Virus record (IMG/VR): IMGVR_UViG_3300008107_000017
Coordinates: 75,777 to 139,776 of that record
Reading direction: 5' to 3' (one strand)
DNA from: a virus
Length of the DNA: 64,000 bases
Shown here: piece after piece, positions 39,900 to 49,340 of the stretch
Numbering within the stretch: the first letter of the stretch is position 1
Layout: every line of letters starts with the position of its first letter
Notes under the pieces: generated by a model
Told to the model about the DNA's origin: nothing
Databases searched by the model: none
Seen by the model: only the letters and a program-made list of their open reading frames with translations
Program-made: the position numbers and the translations under genes

Positions 39900-40072
39900 A
39901 TCTAGCACAACTTAAAGAAAAGACAAAAGAATTAATCACAAAGAATCCCGAACTTAAGGATGACCTTATGGAGTTTTATTACTTGGCAGTATCAGAGATT
40001 GAGGAAGGTGGATCTGAAAGCCATGAATGTGAACTTGCATATAGTGATATGATGGACCTTATAGAAAAGTAA
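39896..40072 (+). CDS. Hypothetical protein
   Basis: ATGA overlap. Confidence 0.6.
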   Translation: MNLAQLKEKTKELITKNPELKDDLMEFYYLAVSEIEEGGSESHECELAYSDMMDLIEK

Positions 40073-40074
40073 TT

Positions 40075-40647
40075 ATGGGAGCAGATATTCATATGTACGT
40101 TGAGTACAGAAACAAAAAACAAGCTAAAGAGCGAGATGCTCGAGGTGAAAAGCCTTATTGGTTGGCTTATGGTAACCGAGTAAATCCTGGTCGTAACTAT
40201 ATCATGTTTGCCATCTTGGCAGGCGTCCGCGGTGAGTATGACGAATCGTTTCATCCCAAAGGTAAATTACCTAAAGACATGATGAGTTGGACTACAGCCA
40301 GTGATGCATTTATGCACATCTATCCTAAGAAGCATGAAGACAAAGAATGGGAAGGTTTCGTAACTCTTGAAAAGGCAACTAAATGGGAAACCTGGGGTAG
40401 ACAAATCATCATTAATGAAAATGGTGAACCTACGCATATTGAACATCCAGATTGGCACTCACACACATGGATGAGTATAGAAGAGCTTAAGAAGGCTTAT
40501 AAGATCTATGCTAAAAAAGCATCTAAAGAATGGGATCAAAAGATCACCAAACCACCAGTTGAATGGATGGCTTTATTGGCTTCAATGAAAGCCTTAGAGG
40601 ATGAAGGTGAAAACGAGGTTCGTGTAGTATTTTGGTTTGATAATTAA
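40075..40647 (+). CDS. Conserved phage hypothetical protein
   Basis: MGADIH...RNY..FAILAGVR...HSHTW...RVVFWFDN. Confidence 0.75.
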   Translation: MGADIHMYVEYRNKKQAKERDARGEKPYWLAYGNRVNPGRNYIMFAILAGVRGEYDESFHPKGKLPKDMMSWTTASDAFMHIYPKKHEDKEWEGFVTLEKATKWETWGRQIIINENGEPTHIEHPDWHSHTWMSIEELKKAYKIYAKKASKEWDQKITKPPVEWMALLASMKALEDEGENEVRVVFWFDN

Positions 40648-40653
40648 AAGAGC

Positions 40654-40854
40654 ATGAACTTCTCTGACTTACAAAACTCCAATGCATTTAAGTATGCAAA
40701 GAATGTGGTTATTCCAACTGAAAGGGCTATTAAAGAAGTTACCGAAATCGAGAAGTATGACTCTGATTATGTGCTCTATATGACAGATAAGACATCTTAT
40801 GGAATATCACAATGCCAATCAATAGAAGAAACTTTTCGTCAAGAATTTTATTAA
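40654..40854 (+). CDS. Hypothetical protein
   Basis: Stop codon abuts cassette copy 2. Confidence 0.6.
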   Translation: MNFSDLQNSNAFKYAKNVVIPTERAIKEVTEIEKYDSDYVLYMTDKTSYGISQCQSIEETFRQEFY

Positions 40855-40947
40855 ATTGTTAATAACTTTTTGAAAAAAGTCACTAAAATATTTTTTTATC
40901 CCAATTATTTGTATTAAATTTATACTATAATTAAATAAACGGATATG
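40854..40947 (+). repeat. Early regulatory cassette, copy 2
   Basis: Same elements as 39027. Confidence 0.85.
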
Positions 40948-41163
40948 GTACACAGAGAATACAAGTTAAAAGTCGTAGAGGATATAGTAATCCACTCAGT
41001 AGACCAGGATACATGGGAAAGACTAAAAAAGGGGGAGACTATAGAAAAACCGGTCTATGATGGTTTTATCCGCTACAACAAAAAGAACTTCGCTAATGAA
41101 GTACAATGGACCGAGGTGGCGGTAAGCTATGGAATCGCTAAACTGGGTTTACGAAATTGTTAA
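40945..41163 (+). CDS. Hypothetical protein flanked by cassettes
   Basis: Start lies in copy 2; the last codons AAT TGT TAA are supplied by copy 3. Confidence 0.65.
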   Translation: MVHREYKLKVVEDIVIHSVDQDTWERLKKGETIEKPVYDGFIRYNKKNFANEVQWTEVAVSYGIAKLGLRNC

Positions 41164-41246
41164 TAACTTTTTGAAAAAAGTTCCCAAACTATTTTCAAAT
41201 CCCAATTATTTGTATTATATTTATATAAATTAAAAACGGAAATATG
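41155..41246 (+). repeat. Early regulatory cassette, copy 3
   Basis: Same elements as 39027. Confidence 0.85.
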
Positions 41247-41540
41247 GATACAACCATTCGCATCACAACCCAGTATTACGAGAACTACGGTGATTCTACT
41301 AGTCCTCATTGGAAACCTAAAGGCGGTTTTGAATTTATGATCAAGGCCGACGCTGACCTTGTTATGTATGTGCCTAATCTTAAGGCGGTTCTCGCTGACA
41401 TGGTGGCTAATGAATCAAACGGCCACGAGAAGTTTGAATACATCGACCACGAAGTCCTCTTTACTGAACCTTTTCAACTATCCACCGAGGATTTTGAAAA
41501 TCGTGTACGTGCTCAATATGAACAAACCCAATATGCATAA
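41244..41540 (+). CDS. Hypothetical protein
   Basis: TQYYENYG...HWKPKGG. Confidence 0.65.
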   Translation: MDTTIRITTQYYENYGDSTSPHWKPKGGFEFMIKADADLVMYVPNLKAVLADMVANESNGHEKFEYIDHEVLFTEPFQLSTEDFENRVRAQYEQTQYA

Positions 41541-41541
41541 T

Positions 41542-41880
41542 ATGAATACTTTCACTCACCAATTCCGCGAAGCGGTAGAATCTGTGGCCGAAGAGATTGG
41601 CCTTCTTAATGCAACCAACTCTCGCCATGAGAAGAATGGTACAATTGCATATATTGACCCGGTAACATCTGCCATGTACACACTACACACAAATGGTTAC
41701 ATTCGTCGTACTCATCGTCGTAGAATGTGGTACAGGGGTACAATGCAGAATGTAACATATCAACTAAATCCAGTGAAAAGAACCCAAGGCCGTAATGAAC
41801 GAGTTATGATGAGTCATTGGGAACAGCTTGGAAAGTTAACAACTTCTGTAATTTCTTATCGTAAGAACAATGGGAACTAA
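41542..41880 (+). CDS. Hypothetical protein
   Basis: ATG immediately after the previous stop. Confidence 0.6.
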   Translation: MNTFTHQFREAVESVAEEIGLLNATNSRHEKNGTIAYIDPVTSAMYTLHTNGYIRRTHRRRMWYRGTMQNVTYQLNPVKRTQGRNERVMMSHWEQLGKLTTSVISYRKNNGN

Positions 41881-42373
41881 TTACTATCGTATACCTCTTG
41901 CCTCTGAAGTGGAGGAGAGAAAAGCCCTTCTTATGAAAAGAGTAGCAGAGATGGAAATGACACCAGGTAACATTGAACGAGGATTTAATACAATACCAAC
42001 TCATGACTCTGATTATTCATGGGAATATGACAGTCCTTGGTCAGAGTTTACAGAAGGTATGAGTGTCCATTTAGGCAAGAGATCATGTGGATGGAAGTTC
42101 TGTTGGAATTTTCATAAGAACCGCCATTATCATCATAAAGAATCTCTATTGGAATTTATTCGCGCAGGCCGTGTTGTTAATGAGTACGGCGAAGAGATTC
42201 CCACTGAAGAGTTTATTCAAATGGCTCTTGATTGGGGACAACCTGACGGTTGGGTACATAATGCAGAATATGAAAAACACCAACGAGAATTAGGACATAA
42301 AACATGGGGACCTTCATATTATGATACAATTATAGATGGTCTCCGAGTATCAACTTCAACTGAATTTTCTTAA
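41870..42373 (+). CDS. Conserved phage hypothetical protein
   Basis: MGTNYY...HLGKRSCGWKF...EFS. Confidence 0.7.
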   Translation: MGTNYYRIPLASEVEERKALLMKRVAEMEMTPGNIERGFNTIPTHDSDYSWEYDSPWSEFTEGMSVHLGKRSCGWKFCWNFHKNRHYHHKESLLEFIRAGRVVNEYGEEIPTEEFIQMALDWGQPDGWVHNAEYEKHQRELGHKTWGPSYYDTIIDGLRVSTSTEFS

Positions 42374-42392
42374 ACAGCTAAAAATAGAAACT

Positions 42393-42866
42393 ATGGGATT
42401 AGACATGTATCTTACCAAAAAACATTACGTTAAAAACTGGGATCATACTCCAGAAGAAAAACAACACACAGTGACCGTCACGCAGGGTGGAGAAACCCCT
42501 TCATACATTGACACGACCAAAATCAAATACCTTGAGGAAGAGGCTGGTTATTGGCGTAAAGCAAATCATATTCATAATTGGTTTGTCGATAATGTACAAG
42601 AAGGTAAGGATGAATGCCAAAAGGCATGGGTTTCACCTAGACAGTTAGAAGAGTTATCCACGGCCTGTAAAGAAGTCTTGGCAGATAATTCTAAAGCAGG
42701 AGAACTTTTACCTACCGCTGATGGATTCTTTTTTGGTGGGACTGAATATGATGAGTATTACTTTAGAGATATTGAAGATACTCTCAAATTCATTGAACCT
42801 ATCCTAGCCGATATGGATCAAGGTGGTAATCTACCTTATGATGTTTATTACCAATCTTCTTGGTAA
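42393..42866 (+). CDS. Conserved phage hypothetical protein
   Basis: MGLDMYL...YWRKANHIHNWF...GFFFG...YYQSSW. Confidence 0.75.
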   Translation: MGLDMYLTKKHYVKNWDHTPEEKQHTVTVTQGGETPSYIDTTKIKYLEEEAGYWRKANHIHNWFVDNVQEGKDECQKAWVSPRQLEELSTACKEVLADNSKAGELLPTADGFFFGGTEYDEYYFRDIEDTLKFIEPILADMDQGGNLPYDVYYQSSW

Positions 42867-42915
42867 TCTTTCAGAACATAAAGAAACTTGTTATTATTTT
42901 ATAAATTAAAACAAA

Positions 42916-43203
42916 ATGAAATTCTCTGATATTATCTTTACACCCCACCCACACGGAGGAGTGAAGTCTCGTACATTCTTTCCTAACGGATATGAACTAT
43001 CTGTTGTGGCAGGTCAATTCGCATATTCAACTCCTAGAACCGATTTTGATTCTGCTGATGATTATGAAGCATTTGAAATTGCTGTTTTTGACCAGGACGG
43101 TGAATTCGTTACTAATCAATTTGGATTCGGTGATGATGTCCAAGGTTGGTTAAGCAGAAAAGAGATTGAAGAATTGATGAAAACCATATCCGAACATGCC
43201 TAA
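42916..43203 (+). CDS. Hypothetical protein
   Basis: FPNGYELSVV...FEIAV...DVQGWL; class I promoter upstream. Confidence 0.65.
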   Translation: MKFSDIIFTPHPHGGVKSRTFFPNGYELSVVAGQFAYSTPRTDFDSADDYEAFEIAVFDQDGEFVTNQFGFGDDVQGWLSRKEIEELMKTISEHA

Positions 43204-43501
43204 GAAATACAGATACCGCATTGAACACATTTATCCACCGGCATTTGCAGTGGTAGGTGGTCAGCGGTATCTGTTTCCTGGCTGGATTCCTGTCGAAGAT
43301 GATGTTACATTCGAAGATGTGGAACATATTAATCCTTATGCAAATCTAAAAAAGGAAACCTTCACGGTGACAGGATCCACTGGAAATACATACACGGTGA
43401 CACGGCGAGAAAACGCACTCACTTGTGACTGCCCAGCCGGAAAATTCCGCGGTCAATGTAAACATATAACCCAAATTAAAACCGAACTGTCATTGTCCTA
43501 A
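43196..43501 (+). CDS. SWIM zinc-finger protein
   Basis: GSTGNTYTV...CDCP...CKHI. Confidence 0.8.
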   Translation: MPKKYRYRIEHIYPPAFAVVGGQRYLFPGWIPVEDDVTFEDVEHINPYANLKKETFTVTGSTGNTYTVTRRENALTCDCPAGKFRGQCKHITQIKTELSLS

Positions 43502-43523
43502 TATATAAAATAAATTAGTACAA

Positions 43524-43826
43524 ATGAATACAGTTCTTATTATTTTATTGATTGCAGCTGTTATTGCAACAATATATACTACGTTTAGTGGTAAAAAGAG
43601 TTCAACATTAGTAGGATATTCCGAACCACATAAACCAAGCGGTATCTCTGGGTTTAAACCGAGCGGTACATCTGGTATCTCTGGAACTAAACCGAGCGGT
43701 ACATCTGGTATCTCTGGAACTAAACCAAAGCCAAAACCGAGCGGTACATCTGGTATTAAAGGTGTTAAAAAACCTGGAAGACCAAAGAAGACGAGTGGCA
43801 ATAGCGGAATTAAAGGAATTAAATAA
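43524..43826 (+). CDS. Membrane-anchored Lys/Ser/Gly repeat protein
   Basis: N-terminal TM helix; KPSGTSGISGT tandem repeats (33-bp DNA unit). Confidence 0.65.
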   Translation: MNTVLIILLIAAVIATIYTTFSGKKSSTLVGYSEPHKPSGISGFKPSGTSGISGTKPSGTSGISGTKPKPKPSGTSGIKGVKKPGRPKKTSGNSGIKGIK

Positions 43827-44212
43827 TGAAAAGCTATAAAGACTTCATATCAGAATCATTTGTACAAAATGTAGTACAAAACGATAAGGATCCAAACTTT
43901 GATGGTGCAGATCCTTCCTCTATTGAAATTCATAATAGGGGTATTGGTGGAGTAAATTCTCTACAAGGTCATCGTGATCAAATTGTAAGACTTTTGGAAC
44001 AAATGCTTGCTGATGCTAAAATGGCTCAAAAGAACCATAAATTAGCTCATTACTCTATTGCAAAGATTTTATCTTTGGCTGATCCTGATCGTATAACAGG
44101 TGTGTTACTCACTTACCTAAAGAACCATCAGACTGCAATTGAAGAATTAGAAGCAATTCGTAGAAAAGGTGGAAGTGGAGCCGGAAAATCAATTCCTAAA
44201 GGATTGATCTAA
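43826..44212 (+). CDS. Putative capsid-internal protein
   Basis: Leader MKSYKDFISE, a close parallel of T4 IP MKTYQEFIAE. Confidence 0.65.
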   Translation: MKSYKDFISESFVQNVVQNDKDPNFDGADPSSIEIHNRGIGGVNSLQGHRDQIVRLLEQMLADAKMAQKNHKLAHYSIAKILSLADPDRITGVLLTYLKNHQTAIEELEAIRRKGGSGAGKSIPKGLI

Positions 44213-44227
44213 AAATAAAATTACATA

Positions 44228-44998
44228 ATGGCATTAAGATTTAACAGCATTCAAGAATACGGTGAGTATATCTATAATGAATGTATTAAGCAAAACAAGC
44301 AAAAAGATGTTTGTAATAGTGGAAAAGGTGGTACAAAAACAAAAGTAACTGACTCCGATCCTGATGGTTTTAGTTTAACTTATTCTTCAAGTAACCTAGA
44401 TGCTAAATCACAGGAATATCTAAACACCCACACGGTGATAAGTAAGGCACCACCGCAAAATGCCCCAGCCCATATAGAAATTGTTGAAGGTGAAATCTGG
44501 AAGCAAACTATTCACAAGTATGATAAAAATGTTTATGCAAACAAAACTGTAGTTGATAATTCAACTGACTTTTCTGTTTCTGCTGATGCATCTTATAAAG
44601 AAGCTAATGTAAGTGCCAATTACGAACAGGTTTATTCTGAAGAAGATACTAATGTAAGTGAAGAAGTTTCAAAAGATGCATCACAATATGATTTGGAATT
44701 TCACGGCATTCAAGGAAAGCATTATGCTGTAGATTTTTATACAAATAAGTATACGTGCTCTGACCGCCCAACTTTAGAAATTACTTATACTTTTAAGTCA
44801 ATAACATTTAGAGCGGTATGCGATTATTCAGACGGAGCTGCATTACATTGGAATAATGAACATTATCATAAAACATATGATATAGTATCTTTAGGTCTTG
44901 ACCCTATTGTTACAATTCCACAAACTGTGGTATTTGATGTTAATTATGATAACCCATGGCCTAGTTACACAATAACAAACATAATTGATAACATATGA
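44228..44998 (+). CDS. Ser/Thr-rich beta protein, possibly aerolysin/ETX-MTX2-like
   Basis: Alternating amphipathic segment STDFSVSADASYKEANVSANYEQVYS. Confidence 0.35.
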   Translation: MALRFNSIQEYGEYIYNECIKQNKQKDVCNSGKGGTKTKVTDSDPDGFSLTYSSSNLDAKSQEYLNTHTVISKAPPQNAPAHIEIVEGEIWKQTIHKYDKNVYANKTVVDNSTDFSVSADASYKEANVSANYEQVYSEEDTNVSEEVSKDASQYDLEFHGIQGKHYAVDFYTNKYTCSDRPTLEITYTFKSITFRAVCDYSDGAALHWNNEHYHKTYDIVSLGLDPIVTIPQTVVFDVNYDNPWPSYTITNIIDNI

Positions 44999-45582
44999 AA
45001 CATATTAGAGAATACGAAGAATTTCTAAACGAAAACACAAACGCAAGGCGATTCCAAAATAAAGGAAAACTGCGCTATAGTGATCAATTTAGTGGTAATA
45101 TTAGTCTTTCTAAAACAATTGGTACTGAACTAGGATTTGATCCAAAAAAAGGATCATCGGGTGTTGGATTTGATAATGTATCTATGTATGATAATGAATC
45201 GAGTAAAACTATCGTAGGTGATGCACTTACCGGTAAATACACATACGATGAACTGGTTAAACTTGCCAAAGAATGGTACGATAAAAATGAATCTATGATT
45301 GGTGAAGCCGCAAGTGTACCTTCAAATATCATGGATTTTGCAAAGAGAAAGGGTTCTTATGCAGTTAGTCTTGTAAAGAAAGCTGCAACCTGGGCAGAGA
45401 AAGCCGGTAAAAGAATCTCGGGTGGTACTGCAATTGGAAAGAATTATGATACAATTATTCTTGATATGAAACACCAAGGATCTGAGATTTATATCAATCT
45501 TAATGATGAAACAATTGAACTATTTGGAGAAGAGGTAACTGATGCTAAATCGTTTGCCAAGGTACTTCAGGATAACGAATAA
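44995..45582 (+). CDS. Putative capsid-internal two-module protein
   Basis: Leader MKHIREYEEFLNE; internal NESMIGE. Confidence 0.6.
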   Translation: MKHIREYEEFLNENTNARRFQNKGKLRYSDQFSGNISLSKTIGTELGFDPKKGSSGVGFDNVSMYDNESSKTIVGDALTGKYTYDELVKLAKEWYDKNESMIGEAASVPSNIMDFAKRKGSYAVSLVKKAATWAEKAGKRISGGTAIGKNYDTIILDMKHQGSEIYINLNDETIELFGEEVTDAKSFAKVLQDNE

Positions 45583-45592
45583 ATATTTTACC

Positions 45593-46042
45593 ATGAAGCA
45601 CATACAAACATTTGAAAGTTTCTTAAATGAAGCCGTTAAATTAAAAATTGCATATACTCCGATTGATAAGAAAGCGTATACTACGCAAAGGCAAGGTATT
45701 AAGTTTTCTGTAAAAATTAACAATCAAACGGCAACCGGAATTTGGGTTCCGAAGTATGGTGATATAAGTAACGGTGTTGATGTAAATGAATTAGAAGGAT
45801 CTGACAGAAAAAGATTCTACATATTTTCTTCTGGCGGATCTTCTAGATCTTTTCCTATTAGTGTTCAACTCGAGGAATTGGATAAACAGCCAAAAGATCT
45901 AAGTTTCACTGGGCCGTATCTTGATATTAGCAAACTAAAAAGTGCGTTTATTGATAAGATAACACAAGCTATAGAAAAACCTACAAAAGAAGAACAACTT
46001 TCACCAGAGTTTTTGGAGTACTTTGGTATAAATCAAATTTAA
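45593..46042 (+). CDS. Putative capsid-internal protein
   Basis: Leader MKHIQTFESFLNE, identical to that of 6798. Confidence 0.6.
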   Translation: MKHIQTFESFLNEAVKLKIAYTPIDKKAYTTQRQGIKFSVKINNQTATGIWVPKYGDISNGVDVNELEGSDRKRFYIFSSGGSSRSFPISVQLEELDKQPKDLSFTGPYLDISKLKSAFIDKITQAIEKPTKEEQLSPEFLEYFGINQI

Positions 46043-46058
46043 GAATAAGTAATTTACT

Positions 46059-46907
46059 ATGAAACATATTAAACACATTGATTCATTTATTAATGAAGCA
46101 AAAGACCTATCAATTAAAGACTATAAAGTTGGTGATGTTATTTCCTTTAAAGACGGTGAAGACTGGAAGGTAACAAAGATTAAGTATGATAAACTCATGG
46201 TTAAGCCTCATAATGAAAAAGCCAAAAAAGCAAATACGAGTATAGAGATTGATATTGACTTAGACTATCTTAAAAATAATTTAGCAGAATCTACTGTTAA
46301 TGAAGGTCGTACAATTGAAAAGATTGAAAAAGACAGAACCAAGATCATAAATGATATGGCTGAAATTGTTACTAATTGGAAAGCCGCTAAAGAATCTGGT
46401 GATAAAAAAGCCGAGGCATCATTTTTACAAAGACTTAAGGACCTCACCGCTCAAAAGAAAGGCCTAGAGAAAGAACTTAATGTGGCAATTGCTGGTAAAG
46501 ACCGTGATGTCGAATTAGTTATCTCAGAAGGTGTTATGTCCGAGATTGACCTATTAGCTCAAGAAGCCAAAAACTTTAAAGATTTTCTTAAAGCATTTAA
46601 GACCGATAATCGTTATAAAGGTTTAGATACCGCAGGTGATGTTAAGGAATTTGAATCTTGGTTAAAATCTATATATGATAACGCTAAGAATGAAAGTATG
46701 AATGAAGGTGAAGATGTTAAGAAAGGCATTCATGATCATTGGAAAGAACTGTATAATGAAGACTTTGTTTCTGCTTATCCTAAAGTAGCAAAGATTCTTA
46801 AGAATCGTCAAAACGTTGATCGTCGCGAATTGGCAAGAATCTGGGATGAAACCTATGGCGAAGACTTTAAAGAAAAGTACGCTAAGATCTGGGATGTTTT
46901 AGATTAA
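46059..46907 (+). CDS. Putative internal polyprotein (4 modules)
   Basis: Leader MKHIKHIDSFINE; linkers ESTVNE, LVISE, ESMNE. Confidence 0.6.
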   Translation: MKHIKHIDSFINEAKDLSIKDYKVGDVISFKDGEDWKVTKIKYDKLMVKPHNEKAKKANTSIEIDIDLDYLKNNLAESTVNEGRTIEKIEKDRTKIINDMAEIVTNWKAAKESGDKKAEASFLQRLKDLTAQKKGLEKELNVAIAGKDRDVELVISEGVMSEIDLLAQEAKNFKDFLKAFKTDNRYKGLDTAGDVKEFESWLKSIYDNAKNESMNEGEDVKKGIHDHWKELYNEDFVSAYPKVAKILKNRQNVDRRELARIWDETYGEDFKEKYAKIWDVLD

Positions 46908-46990
46908 CATTCATTAAACTTTTTACATTTTTTTCATATAATAATAGAGGGACCGTTTCAAAAACCTGGTCCCTTTGTTATTATTGTTAT

Positions 46991-47416
46991 ATGGAAACTT
47001 TATTATGGTTAGATGATATCAGAGATCCAAAGGATAGCATTTGGTGGAATTGGATTGCGGTATCTGGTGTTAACCCAACCCATTATGATATTGTATGGGT
47101 AAAGAATTATAACGATTTTACTAAGTGGATCAAATTCAATGGTTTACCAACGGTAATCTGTTTTGATCATGATCTGGGTGAAGATCTTGCCAAAGACCGC
47201 GTATCTAGCGGTATGAGTAAGAGAAAGGCCCGGTCATTAAAGAGAGAAACTTTAAGCGGTTTTGATTGTGCCAAATGGTTGGTTGAATTCTGCTTGGATG
47301 GTAAACATTCAATGCCAGAGTATAGAATTCAATCTGCTAACCCAGTAGGCGCAGAGAACATAAAGGGTTTAATTGAAAACTTTAAAAAGAATGTAGAAAA
47401 TGTTAGGACTGTATGA
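46991..47416 (+). CDS. Cyclic-phosphate-processing receiver-like domain protein
   Basis: LWLDDIRDP...FDHDLG...GFDCAKWL...QSANPVGAENI. Confidence 0.75.
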   Translation: METLLWLDDIRDPKDSIWWNWIAVSGVNPTHYDIVWVKNYNDFTKWIKFNGLPTVICFDHDLGEDLAKDRVSSGMSKRKARSLKRETLSGFDCAKWLVEFCLDGKHSMPEYRIQSANPVGAENIKGLIENFKKNVENVRTV

Positions 47417-47594
47417 TATAATGGATGACATGTTTGCAACTGGTTTAGGTGTTGATGTTGAAACATATATTGATGTTATTGAGAACCGCTGTAATACAGA
47501 AGAAGCCATGTTTATTATTGATAATCTTTGGGATGAAGATGGTAACCCGGACAAAGCAAAAGAACTGTTTAATCAAAAACTAAAAGGAGAGTAA
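47400..47594 (+). CDS. Hypothetical protein
   Basis: ORF tiling. Confidence 0.55.
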   Translation: MLGLYDIMDDMFATGLGVDVETYIDVIENRCNTEEAMFIIDNLWDEDGNPDKAKELFNQKLKGE

Positions 47595-47595
47595 T

Positions 47596-48273
47596 ATGAT
47601 TGCTAATATTAAGAGATATGCTATGAGAAATGCAAAATCAAAAGAGAGTAAGTTTTATGTAAAGGATAAGAGATCCTTTAAGGAAAAGGCTAAAGACTTT
47701 GGACAGAGTCTTTTATTTTGGAGAGGCCGTAAGAAAGGAATGATTCATACTCGTAACCTTGAATGGTCAGACTTAAGATACATTTTCTTTCCAAAGAAAT
47801 TGGAAAAATACGGATACTTAAATATCACATTCTATAAAGAGGATAGTGAATACTACAGAGCACTTTATCCGCTGGTTCTTGCTATGGATTATGAAGCTAA
47901 ACCTACTTGGTGTCCACGTTGGTTCTTACGATTCTTACATGTTTTTGGTAATGATAAGTCATTAGTGAGAGTACGTAATAGGGCTTTGCACGACCTACAC
48001 AGGTACTTAACCAAAGGTATCTTATTCTGGGATTGGAAAACTAAATGGGCTTCTTATGATCTGCGGATTAGTATTTCAGGACCTACCCACCTACAAAATT
48101 TAGCCGATGATATTGAACGTGGCTTCTATTCTAGAGGTAGAGAAAAAGAACTTGTTGAGCAGATCTTAAAATTGGATCCTAATGCATCAATCATTTGGGG
48201 AAGCATTAAACGATTTGAAGAACAATTAGAAGAATTAGAAAATCAAAAAGAAAATGACAATACGGGAGTTTAA
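47596..48273 (+). CDS. Hypothetical protein
   Basis: 225-aa ORF. Confidence 0.65.
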   Translation: MIANIKRYAMRNAKSKESKFYVKDKRSFKEKAKDFGQSLLFWRGRKKGMIHTRNLEWSDLRYIFFPKKLEKYGYLNITFYKEDSEYYRALYPLVLAMDYEAKPTWCPRWFLRFLHVFGNDKSLVRVRNRALHDLHRYLTKGILFWDWKTKWASYDLRISISGPTHLQNLADDIERGFYSRGREKELVEQILKLDPNASIIWGSIKRFEEQLEELENQKENDNTGV

Positions 48274-48493
48274 CGAAAAGTATAAGCAATACTTAGAAGA
48301 AGGGCATTATGGCCTTGCTGTTGGAGATGCCGAATTTATTCAATGGCTTGATAAAAGATTCCAAGAATTCATACAAAAGCCTGGGTTTAGTTATAGTCAA
48401 ATTAAATCAAAATTTGGTATGGGCCGCTTCTATTGCGAAGGACTTACTCGTGAAGAAACATCAGAAATAGAACTTAAAATATCACAACTATGA
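48254..48493 (+). CDS. Hypothetical protein
   Basis: QIKSKFGMGRFY motif. Confidence 0.6.
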   Translation: MTIREFNEKYKQYLEEGHYGLAVGDAEFIQWLDKRFQEFIQKPGFSYSQIKSKFGMGRFYCEGLTREETSEIELKISQL

Positions 48494-49167
48494 AAAGAAT
48501 AACATTTATAAGCGATACACATACGAAACATAGAATGTTGGATCTTCCAGGTGGAGATATTCTTATTCATAGTGGAGATCTTATGAATAGCGGATATAAC
48601 CTAAATGATGTCCATGACTTTCTTATGTGGTTTGAAAAACAGGATTATAAAGAGCTTATCTTTATTGCAGGTAATCATGATCGTATGTTTGAAAACCATC
48701 CAATAAGAATGGATGAAATACTTGAAGGATTCCCTTCTATTACATATCTTGAAGACGACTGGGTTGATGTAGATGGAATTAAGATTTATGGAAGTCCTTG
48801 GCAGCCAGAGTTTTATAATTGGGCATTTAATCTACCAAGAGGAGGCGAAGATATTGAAGAAAAATGGTCAATGATTCCTCCAGATACTGACATTCTCATC
48901 ACACACGGTCCACCACAAGGTCACCTAGATATAAGCGGTGCACCTTATAATGAACCTAACTTAGGCTGCGAAATGCTTCGTATCTATGTTGATAACATTA
49001 TACCAAAGATTCATGTATTTGGTCATATTCATGGAAGTGGAGGATATAAGAAAGATAATGGAATACATTTTGTTAATGCCGCTGTTCTTAATGAAAGATA
49101 TGAACAGGTAACGAATGGTATTACTGTTGACTGGGATCCAGAAACAAATTCAATAGACTTTATATAA
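48490..49167 (+). CDS. Metallophosphoesterase (MPPED/239FB-like)
   Basis: SDTH, HSGD, AGNHD, THGPP, FGHIH all intact. Confidence 0.9.
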   Translation: MKRITFISDTHTKHRMLDLPGGDILIHSGDLMNSGYNLNDVHDFLMWFEKQDYKELIFIAGNHDRMFENHPIRMDEILEGFPSITYLEDDWVDVDGIKIYGSPWQPEFYNWAFNLPRGGEDIEEKWSMIPPDTDILITHGPPQGHLDISGAPYNEPNLGCEMLRIYVDNIIPKIHVFGHIHGSGGYKKDNGIHFVNAAVLNERYEQVTNGITVDWDPETNSIDFI

Positions 49168-49178
49168 AAATAAAAATT

Positions 49179-49337
49179 ATGAAAATTGAATATGTACCTT
49201 ATTGGGATAGACTTTATCTTATTCCTACAATTGCAATCGTTTTAGATCCAATGTTTGCGGGTTATAAGTATTTAAGCCTATCATGGCTTAGGGGGTCAAT
49301 TGAGATAAGTTGGGGTCGCATTAAAGAAAATGAGTAA
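49179..49337 (+). CDS. Small hypothetical protein (52 aa)
   Basis: Manual ORF after the class II promoter at 49142. Confidence 0.5.
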   Translation: MKIEYVPYWDRLYLIPTIAIVLDPMFAGYKYLSLSWLRGSIEISWGRIKENE

Positions 49338-49340
49338 ATA

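Noticed and set aside
43630-43760. 33-bp tandem repeats as a mini-CRISPR array
   Set aside because: In-frame coding repeats without unique spacers
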